NCBI RefSeq assembly: GCF_018336915.1
Contig: NZ_CP064923.1
Coordinates: forward strand, 3,540,001 to 3,572,000
Source of the DNA: Acaryochloris marina S15
Lineage (GTDB): Bacteria; Cyanobacteriota; Cyanobacteriia; Thermosynechococcales; Thermosynechococcaceae
DNA length: 32,000 bases
Direction: 5' to 3'
Numbering within the stretch: position 1 is the first letter of the stretch; each line of letters opens with the position of its first letter. The notes under the pieces were generated by a model. That model worked only from the letters and a program-made list of their open reading frames with translations. It made no database searches and was not told the DNA's origin. Below, in pieces: positions 25,133-32,000 of this stretch. A program made the position numbers and the translations under genes.

Positions 25133-26263
25133 ATGGCCAGAAATGGGATTGGTATCAATACAGCCCAAGATCGCTCAGAACGGATTGTTGGCCAAATTCA
25201 TGTTTATGACGGAGCTGGCAAAGGCAAATCACAAGCAGCATTAGGCGTTGTACTGCGTTCAATTGGCTTAGGTATTGCGTCTGCATTTCCGACCCGTGTT
25301 CTGCTACTACGGTTTTTAAAAGGTCCTGGCCGCCCCTATGCCGAAGATGCTGCCATTGAAGCTCTGCAGCGTGCCTTTCCCCACTTAATTGATCAGGTGC
25401 GAACGGGAAGAGCTGAGTTCTTTGGGGCGGACGATATCACCAAGTTTGACCGCCAAGAAGCCCAACGAGGATGGGACATTGCCAAAGGTGCAATCGCATC
25501 AGGGCTCTACTCCGTTGTTGTTCTGGATGAACTCAACCCAGTCTTGGATTTGGGCCTCTTAGACATAAATGACGTGGTCCAATCTCTGCGCAAAAAGCCG
25601 GACCATTTGGAGGTTATCTCCACCGGTAGAGGGACGCCCCAAGGCCTGCTCAATATTGCCGATCTCCACTCCGAGATGAAGCCCCATTCCCATGAAGGCA
25701 CCCGCCAAGGGATTGAAGGGATTGAAATTTATACCGGCTCAGGTAAAGGTAAATCCACCAGTGCTCTAGGCAAGGCCCTTCAGGCGATTGGGCGTGGCAT
25801 TAGCCAGGATCAATCTCATCGTGTCCTGATTATGCAGTGGCTCAAAGGTGGCCTCGGATATACGGAAGATGCTGCCATTTCCGCCATGCAGCAAAGTTAT
25901 CCCAATCTAGTGGATCATCAGCGTTGTGGCCGAGATGCCATTGTTTGGCGAGGTCAACAACAAGAGATTGATTATGTAGAAGCAGAGCGGGGTTGGGAAA
26001 TTGCCCGAGCTGCGATCGCATCGGGTCTCTACAAAACCATCATCTTAGATGAACTCAATCCCACGGTTGATTTGGAACTTCTGCCAGAAGAACCAATCAT
26101 GCAGGCTTTTTTACGCAAACCTCGTGATACAGAAATCATCATCACAGGGCGCTGTCAGAACCCTCCTGCCTATTTTGAATTGGCGAGTACCCATTCAGAG
26201 ATGGTTTGTCATAAACACTATGCAGAAAAAGGAGTTGATCTCAAACGCGGTGTAGACTTTTAA
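25133..26263 (+). CDS. Tandem-duplicated CobO/BtuR-like protein (two cob(I)yrinic acid a,c-diamide adenosyltransferase-type P-loop modules in one polypeptide)
   Basis: There are two collinear halves. Each has a P-loop (GAGKGKSQAALG / GSGKGKSTSALG), LKG, EDAAI, RGW-IA--AIASGLY----LDELNP, LRK-P, TGR and HSEM. Only the second half ends with the CobA-like KHYAEKGVDLKRGVDF. Confidence 0.8.
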   Translation: MARNGIGINTAQDRSERIVGQIHVYDGAGKGKSQAALGVVLRSIGLGIASAFPTRVLLLRFLKGPGRPYAEDAAIEALQRAFPHLIDQVRTGRAEFFGADDITKFDRQEAQRGWDIAKGAIASGLYSVVVLDELNPVLDLGLLDINDVVQSLRKKPDHLEVISTGRGTPQGLLNIADLHSEMKPHSHEGTRQGIEGIEIYTGSGKGKSTSALGKALQAIGRGISQDQSHRVLIMQWLKGGLGYTEDAAISAMQQSYPNLVDHQRCGRDAIVWRGQQQEIDYVEAERGWEIARAAIASGLYKTIILDELNPTVDLELLPEEPIMQAFLRKPRDTEIIITGRCQNPPAYFELASTHSEMVCHKHYAEKGVDLKRGVDF

Positions 26264-26391
26264 CGAATCTGTTGCAGTTTGCTCATAGATGCCCAGACCC
26301 TACGTTTGACATTTATGATGGGGGCAGATTCTTATTCCTAAACTGAAGAATTGACTGCTGCAATCTGCAAAGAAATCCCAACCTTTTATCC

Positions 26392-28536
26392 ATGAGTCTG
26401 CCGTTATCCGCAATGAACTTAGAGAAGCACAACCAACGGATGCAGTTGTTAGCAGATGTTACCTACAAGATTAGGCAATCCCTGGATCTACATGAAATTC
26501 TGCAAACCACCGTCACTGAAGTGCGGCAACTGCTAGATGCGGATCGGGTTGTCATGTTTCAGATCCATCCCGATGGGGCGGGAACCGTGGTGCAAGAAGC
26601 AGTATTACCGGGTTGGTCGAAATCGATTAACCAAAATATTGTGGATACCTGTTTTGGCACGAACTTTATTGAGTCTTATCGTAATGGCCGCGTTTCCGTC
26701 ATCAACAATATAGAAGAAGCCCCCATTACCCCTTGCCATGCTGATCTACTGCGGCAATTTGAAGTTAAGGCCAATCTTGTTATCCCGATCATTAGCCAAG
26801 GGCAGCTTTGGGGGCTACTGATTGCCCATCAATGCTCGGCCCCTCGAGTCTGGCAAGACTTTGAAGTGGACTTGCTTAAGCAACTAGCGGATCAAGCGGG
26901 CATCGCTCTAGCCCAAGCCAAACTGTTGGCCGATCTGAACCAAGCTCATCAACAGCTCAGGTTTCATGTGGAAAATTCTCCCCTTGCTGTGATTGAGTGG
27001 GATCATGCCTGTCGGATTCAACGGTGGTCGGCCCAGGCAGAACGCATTTTTGGTTGGTCGGCAGAAGAGGTCACGGGGCGGGGGCCTGATCACTGGTTTA
27101 TTCATACGGACGATCTCCATCTTTTTCGAGAGCATGTTTTAAACCTGACAGGACATCCCTTCCCGAACTACTCGAATCCAGACATGGAACGGCTGACCCG
27201 AAATTATACAAAAACAGGCGACCTGATTGATTGTGAGTGGTACAGCTCCGCTCTGTTTGATGGAGAGGGAAACTTGGTGTCTATCCTGTCCATGGCCCAA
27301 GACGTCAGTGCTCGCCAGCAAGCAGAAGTGGCATTACAACAACTCAATCGGGAGTTGGAAATGCGAGTTGAGCAACGAACAGCAGCCTTGCAAGAAAGTG
27401 AACAGCGATTCCGGTCTTTGTTTGAAGCTGCACCCGATTTTATCTATGTTTTGGATACGCAAGGGGTAATTCAACATGTCAACCCCGTAGTGATTGAGCG
27501 CTCAGGTTACCGGAGATCCGAGCTAGAAGGTCACCCCTTTGTCAATTTGTTTGCCCCTAAATCCCAGGTTCTTTGCCAGCAGCAATTTTCAGATTTACTA
27601 GTCTTAGGGAGTCACCGCCAAGAACTGGAGTTCATGGGCAAAAACGGAGCCATTCTGACGGTAGATTGCTCATTTAAGGTTGTTAAAGATCCACTGGGAC
27701 AAAAGTCTATTTTGGTAGTACAGCGCGATATTAGCGATCGCAAAGCGCTAGAGCGCATTAAAGACGAATTTATTTCTGTAGTCAGTCACGAATTACGCAC
27801 GCCTCTAACTTCAATCCACGGATCGATCAAACTACTGGCCACAGGTCAATTGGGTGATTTATCAGATGATGGTCAGCAAATGCTCGATATTGCGGATCAA
27901 AATACCGATCGCCTCGTCCGCCTAGTCAGTGATGTGTTGGACCTGCAGCGGATCGAATCAGGGCAAGCCAAGATTTATAAGCAGCTTTGCGATGCAGCGG
28001 ATTTAATGACCCATGCTACTGACGCAATGCGCAGTATGGCGTACCACCATAATGTCACCTTAAAAAGCACACCCCTCCTAACCATGGTTTGGGCCAATCC
28101 AGATTACATGGTGCAAACTCTAACTAATTTACTCAGCAATGCCATTAAGTTTTCCCAGCCCGGTGGAACGGTTGAGTTAGCAGCTGAGCTGCGAATTGAA
28201 GAGCGTCGAGCCAAAGGGAGTCCCTCTCCGCCAGAGGGGCAGGACACCCACTTTCCCATCACTATTAAACACACCGAACTGTGGTTTCAAGTAATTGACC
28301 AGGGCCAAGGCATTCCTGCTGATAAACTGGAAAGCGTTTTTGAGCGCTTCCAGCAAGTAGATGCTTCAGATGCTCGAGAAAAAGGCGGTACCGGTCTTGG
28401 TTTAGCAATCTGCCGCAAAATTGTCGAGCAACATGGTGGCAAAATCTGGGCCGAAAGTGTTTTGGGCCAAGGAAGCTGCTTTTTTGTTGCCTTGCCGATG
28501 TCTTGCTGGTTAGTAGAAAAAGCTGAGGTCAGTTAA
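26392..28536 (+). CDS. Sensor histidine kinase (GAF, PAS, coiled coil, PAS, HisKA, HATPase_c)
   Basis: The GAF region has DRVVMFQ...QLWGLLIAHQC. Two PAS-like segments are present. The H-box is FISVVSHELRTPLTSI, the N-box is NLLSNAIKFS, and the G-boxes are DQGQGIP and GGTGLGLAICRKIVEQHGG. No TM segment is evident, so the protein is likely soluble. Confidence 0.9.
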   Translation: MSLPLSAMNLEKHNQRMQLLADVTYKIRQSLDLHEILQTTVTEVRQLLDADRVVMFQIHPDGAGTVVQEAVLPGWSKSINQNIVDTCFGTNFIESYRNGRVSVINNIEEAPITPCHADLLRQFEVKANLVIPIISQGQLWGLLIAHQCSAPRVWQDFEVDLLKQLADQAGIALAQAKLLADLNQAHQQLRFHVENSPLAVIEWDHACRIQRWSAQAERIFGWSAEEVTGRGPDHWFIHTDDLHLFREHVLNLTGHPFPNYSNPDMERLTRNYTKTGDLIDCEWYSSALFDGEGNLVSILSMAQDVSARQQAEVALQQLNRELEMRVEQRTAALQESEQRFRSLFEAAPDFIYVLDTQGVIQHVNPVVIERSGYRRSELEGHPFVNLFAPKSQVLCQQQFSDLLVLGSHRQELEFMGKNGAILTVDCSFKVVKDPLGQKSILVVQRDISDRKALERIKDEFISVVSHELRTPLTSIHGSIKLLATGQLGDLSDDGQQMLDIADQNTDRLVRLVSDVLDLQRIESGQAKIYKQLCDAADLMTHATDAMRSMAYHHNVTLKSTPLLTMVWANPDYMVQTLTNLLSNAIKFSQPGGTVELAAELRIEERRAKGSPSPPEGQDTHFPITIKHTELWFQVIDQGQGIPADKLESVFERFQQVDASDAREKGGTGLGLAICRKIVEQHGGKIWAESVLGQGSCFFVALPMSCWLVEKAEVS

Positions 28537-28572
28537 TCGTTGGTCTTCATCCCCCATACTTAGTCCTAATCT

Positions 28573-28953
28573 ATGGCAGAAAAACGCATCCTGATTATTG
28601 ATGATGAGCAAGCAATTCAAGCTGTAGCCAGCCTCAGTTTAAAGATGGAAGCTGGCTGGAAGGTCATCACCGCCAATTCAGGGGCTGAAGGTATCGCCAT
28701 TGCCGTCAAGGAGCAACCCGATACTATTTTGCTGGATGTGATGATGCCGATATTGGATGGCATAGAAACCTTCAAACAGCTACAACAAAGTTCTTTAACC
28801 CGTAATATCCCGGTTATTTTATTAACGGCTAAAGCTCAAGCAGCGGAACAGCAGCAATTTAAGAGTTTAGGGGTTGCTGGGGTGATTACGAAGCCCTTTA
28901 ATTCGCTGACCCTAGCTAGCCAAATTGCTAAGGTATTGGGGTGGTCTATTTAG
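28573..28953 (+). CDS. Single-domain response regulator (CheY-like receiver)
   Basis: Receiver features are present: ILIIDDE, the phospho-acceptor context ILLDVMMPILDG, LLTAK and KPF. It lies 36 nt downstream of the kinase gene. Confidence 0.9.
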   Translation: MAEKRILIIDDEQAIQAVASLSLKMEAGWKVITANSGAEGIAIAVKEQPDTILLDVMMPILDGIETFKQLQQSSLTRNIPVILLTAKAQAAEQQQFKSLGVAGVITKPFNSLTLASQIAKVLGWSI

Positions 28954-28979
28954 CTCGCTGATTGGCCAAAGGCAGAGTG

Positions 28980-29249
28980 CTAACCAGAGGAATGAGATTG
29001 ATATGCAAGCCTTTCCTGGGCTAAATCTCGAATTAAAGGCAATCTAGCGCTGATATAGGCGTTTAAGTCACTAGCATCGACCATTTTTAGGAACTCTTCC
29101 CGACGAAGCTGTCGAGACAACCAGTTCACCAAAGCATCATTGTCTAGGGTCAATAAAATATTGGTTTGTGTCTCTTCAATTAATGACCAAAATTTACGGA
29201 TTGCTTCAGGAGACATGAACCCGGCCTTTAAGATTCTCTTTATATTCAT
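28980..29249 (-). CDS. Hypothetical protein (start uncertain)
   Basis: The ORF is open to 29345, but its first 32 codons look non-native. ATG codons at 29249 and 29216 give an 89- or 78-aa helical protein (SPEAIRKFWSLIEETQTNILLTLDNDALVNWLSRQL...). No family is recognised. Confidence 0.4.
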   Translation of the reverse strand: MNIKRILKAGFMSPEAIRKFWSLIEETQTNILLTLDNDALVNWLSRQLRREEFLKMVDASDLNAYISARLPLIRDLAQERLAYQSHSSG

Positions 29250-29644
29250 CAGGTTACATGAGAAATTTTGAGGTGAGAGGGATCTGGCGGAAGAAAACAT
29301 AAAAGTTACATTATGCTCATGAAATAAATTGACTTTCATGTGCAAGCGTAGAGAAATATAAATACTGCTTTTATAGATAAAACTCTGAAAACCCTGCTAA
29401 GTATAGGTTTTTTCAATACTTAACCTAATCTTCATTGCGAGTTATTAACAGTAAAATCTCTATCATGAGCGCTATGCAATTTAACAATTCAGGTCGTCCA
29501 GATGTTGTACAGGTGAGCCAAATCCCTGCGGTTCGATTGAGGCTATTTTATTAAGAAGCTGTAGGGGTGAATTCCCATGATTGCTTGGAGAGGGGAGCAA
29601 TGCAGGGCAAGACTGTGCTGCTAGTTTAATCAACTGAATTAACT

Positions 29645-30343
29645 TTAAATTACGGCTTTCATGGCAGCTTGCACCTCATTCCGCAATTTTTTAGAGATGC
29701 GGAAAAGTTCTCGGCCTGTGGTCAGATAACTATCGTCATAGCAGTAAGTAAACCGTTCCAGATCATCAATACCATCTTCAATATGATTGAGACAGTAGTA
29801 TAAATGAGCAGCAACGCTGGCAATGTTGCCGGGATTTGGAAAGGACTGGAAGACCCTTTGGGCAGATTCAAGGCGTTTGCGACAATCTGACAAGTAATCC
29901 TGAAAATCTGCCATTAGATCATCGTCATAGGGATCGGCAGATAAGCACTGAATCTCATCGGCGAGAGGGTTAAGAATGTTGGCTAGATGTCGATTGACAG
30001 GAGTGTACACCTGCTTCAGCCATTGCTGGAGGTGAATCTCTGTCGTGCGGGCCGTTTGGGTGGGTTGTCGGTAGGATTGACTACGAGGAGTTCCAGCCTG
30101 GTTATTTCCCCATGAGTCTGCGGATGTAGCAGTATTGCGATGATTGTCATAGGCCAACCGCCGATGCGGATCTTTTAAGACTTCATATGCCTCATTGACC
30201 TGGGCAATACGCTCATGGTTCGCCATTTGATGATGGCTATCGGGATGAAATAACTTGGCCAAACGTCGATAAGCCGATTTGATCTCAGCTGGCGTTGCGG
30301 CTGGATCGACTTCTAGGGTTTGGTAGTGATTATGGCCGGACAT
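29645..30343 (-). CDS. J-domain (DnaJ-like) protein with a non-DnaJ C-terminal domain
   Basis: The N-terminal J domain reads HYQTLEVDPAATPAEIKSAYRRLAKLFHPDSH...AYEVLKDPHRRLAYD, with the HPD motif. There is no Gly/Phe or zinc-finger region. The C-terminal ~130 aa are helical and of unknown function. Confidence 0.8.
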   Translation of the reverse strand: MSGHNHYQTLEVDPAATPAEIKSAYRRLAKLFHPDSHHQMANHERIAQVNEAYEVLKDPHRRLAYDNHRNTATSADSWGNNQAGTPRSQSYRQPTQTARTTEIHLQQWLKQVYTPVNRHLANILNPLADEIQCLSADPYDDDLMADFQDYLSDCRKRLESAQRVFQSFPNPGNIASVAAHLYYCLNHIEDGIDDLERFTYCYDDSYLTTGRELFRISKKLRNEVQAAMKAVI

Positions 30344-30405
30344 GAGGTCATTGTACTGAAGCTCAACGAGGTTGAGAATGGCAACAGCATGGACTTTATG
30401 TTCCC

Positions 30406-31770
30406 TTAATCTCGCTGAGTCAAGATCATTTTGAAGTGAGAGGGAGGGGCTAAGGTCACCCCCCTACGCACGGGTTTTAAGGGTTGAGATTGCTCAAGCC
30501 GGAATTGATATCGAGTCAGAAGTGTCGAGAGCACAAGTTTCATCTCGAACAGAGCAAAGGTCATCCCCAGACAACGGCGATTACTGCCACCAAAAGGCAG
30601 ATATTCGTAGGGGGAAAATTGACGGTCTAGGAATCGCTCTGGCTGAAAGGCTTGAGGATTGGGATAGAGTTCAGGACGTCGATGGGTGAGATAAATACAG
30701 GGGGCTACAGTGGTTCCAACTGGGAGGTTATACCCCATTAAGGGCAATGACATTTTCGTTGTTCGAGGAGAGGTGATCGGGGCAATCGGGTAAATCCTAA
30801 GGGTTTCAGAGCACACTGCATTCAGGTAGGGTAAGCGTTGAATGCCTTTGGCATCATTGAGGTCAGCGGTGGCTAACTCAGCGATCAGTTTTTCCCTCAC
30901 TTCTGGGAGGAAATGAATCCAATATAGTGCCCAGGTCAACGCTGAAGCAGTAGTCTCATGCCCTGCTAACAGCAAGGTAACTAACTCATCTCGCAGTTCT
31001 ATATCGGTCATGGGATTGCCAGCTTCATCCGTGGCGGCCAGCATTAAGGAGAGAATATCTGCCCCCATTTCAGATTGGTGACGATGCTCGTCCATCTGTT
31101 GATACAGGAGGTGATCGAGTTGCGATCGCACCTGCAGAAACCGACCCCAAGGACTCCAAGCGCCCCAGTCCTTCTGTAATCCCCGTAGAAACAGCAAACT
31201 CGCACCGGCTGGTGATCCAGTTAAGTCCAAGAAGTTGGGTAATAGCGCCTGCAAAGCTTGGTATCGTTCAGAGTTCGATACTCCAAACACCGTTTTGAGG
31301 ATGACGTTGAGAGAAATGGCCTGCATGGCCTCCCGCACATCAAAGGGGTGGTTGATTTGCCAAGGTGAAGCTATTTCTTCAGTAATCTGAGTGATGGATG
31401 AGCCATAGGCTCGCATCCGTTCCCCATGAAACGGGGGCATTAAGAGCTGTCGCTGGCGTTGGTGGGATTCGCCATCCAAGAGGATGACAGATGCATTACC
31501 GAGCAAGGGCAACAATATAGAATTATTGCGGCCCGCATCCATCTTGTTTGGCTCTGCAGTGAGAATCTCTTCAATGCCGTGGGGATTGCTACAAAAAACA
31601 ATTTGGCCCAATTGCCCCAGCTGCAATGTAAATAAATCGCCATACCGTTGTGTACAAGCTTCCATGAACTCTAGGGGGCGTCCGATCCATTGCAATATTT
31701 GCCACAATCCTGAAGAGGAGGGACCTTTGGGTAAATTTTGAGTGGAGCGTTGAGTGACAATCGTTGGCAT
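30406..31770 (-). CDS. Cytochrome P450
   Basis: The heme-thiolate loop is FGGSNRRCLGMTFAL, the I-helix is LLAGHETTASAL, and the ExxR (SETLRIYP) and PERF motifs are present. Length and motifs are compatible with the cyanobacterial CYP120-like group, but that assignment is unverified. Confidence 0.9.
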   Translation of the reverse strand: MPTIVTQRSTQNLPKGPSSSGLWQILQWIGRPLEFMEACTQRYGDLFTLQLGQLGQIVFCSNPHGIEEILTAEPNKMDAGRNNSILLPLLGNASVILLDGESHQRQRQLLMPPFHGERMRAYGSSITQITEEIASPWQINHPFDVREAMQAISLNVILKTVFGVSNSERYQALQALLPNFLDLTGSPAGASLLFLRGLQKDWGAWSPWGRFLQVRSQLDHLLYQQMDEHRHQSEMGADILSLMLAATDEAGNPMTDIELRDELVTLLLAGHETTASALTWALYWIHFLPEVREKLIAELATADLNDAKGIQRLPYLNAVCSETLRIYPIAPITSPRTTKMSLPLMGYNLPVGTTVAPCIYLTHRRPELYPNPQAFQPERFLDRQFSPYEYLPFGGSNRRCLGMTFALFEMKLVLSTLLTRYQFRLEQSQPLKPVRRGVTLAPPSHFKMILTQRD

Positions 31771-32000
31771 AAATCTTTTCCTAACAAGCTTAGGGAGACA
31801 GTGCTGCAGGGAGGTGCACTCAACGGCAGTTTAACGCACCTGCGGGTCTGCACGATTACCGGTTCAGTTAATAACGCATAGAATCAAGACGTCTACCGCT
31901 ACACTAGATCCCAATAGGTTGCAGGTCAGCCCTATAGGAAGGGTTAAGCGAGTGCCAATATAATGCCGCCTTCAGCCTTGCCGAAAGATGATGAGTAGCC

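Noticed and set aside
29530-29538. T-loop-like GGTTCGATT that suggested a tRNA, and an overlapping 29-codon ORF (29465-29554)
   Set aside because: The flanking bases do not form a T-stem (TGCGG versus GAGGC), and no acceptor or anticodon arms could be drawn. The small ORF has no RBS and no recognisable features.
1-32000. Search for CRISPR arrays, IS elements, integrases, or long direct/inverted repeats flanking the cluster
   Set aside because: No regularly spaced repeats and no transposase- or integrase-like ORFs were seen by eye. A computational self-dot-plot would be needed to exclude diverged repeats.

Overview
This window looks like a cyanobacterial chromosome segment. It carries 13 perfect copies of the HIP1 octamer GCGATCGC, against about 0.5 expected by chance. 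I found about 29 protein genes and no rRNA, tRNA, CRISPR array, transposase or integrase. Most genes are housekeeping: the 3' end of urtE, a GST, alr and purE, nagA plus a class V aminotransferase, heme oxygenase, and mscL. There is also a dcw remnant (rsmH, an FtsL-like gene, ftsI), a DCC thiol-disulfide oxidoreductase, a catalytically dead M16 peptidase and a NIL/4Fe-4S protein. The rest are a tandem-duplicated CobO-like protein, a GAF-PAS-PAS histidine kinase with a receiver protein, a J-domain protein and a cytochrome P450. The standout is a six-gene minus-strand cluster at 15064-24346. In transcription order it encodes a class III nucleotidyl cyclase/STAND ATPase/TPR protein, then (9 nt gap) a DUF3237 fusion protein, then (127 nt) a family-1-like encapsulin (HK97-fold, Linocin_M18-type) shell protein. 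These are followed (48 nt) by a phytoene-desaturase/amine-oxidase-type flavoprotein with a 146-aa C-terminal extension that ends in a targeting-peptide-like tail. Next come (37 nt) a type-III-like polyprenyl diphosphate synthase and (38 nt) a 255-aa protein with a disordered N-terminus. That N-terminus shares three collinear motifs with the flavoprotein extension at identical overall spacing. None of the canonical encapsulin cargo types is present, so I read this as a candidate undescribed encapsulin system linked to isoprenoid or flavin redox chemistry. All family assignments come from motif reading by eye, and no database search was run.
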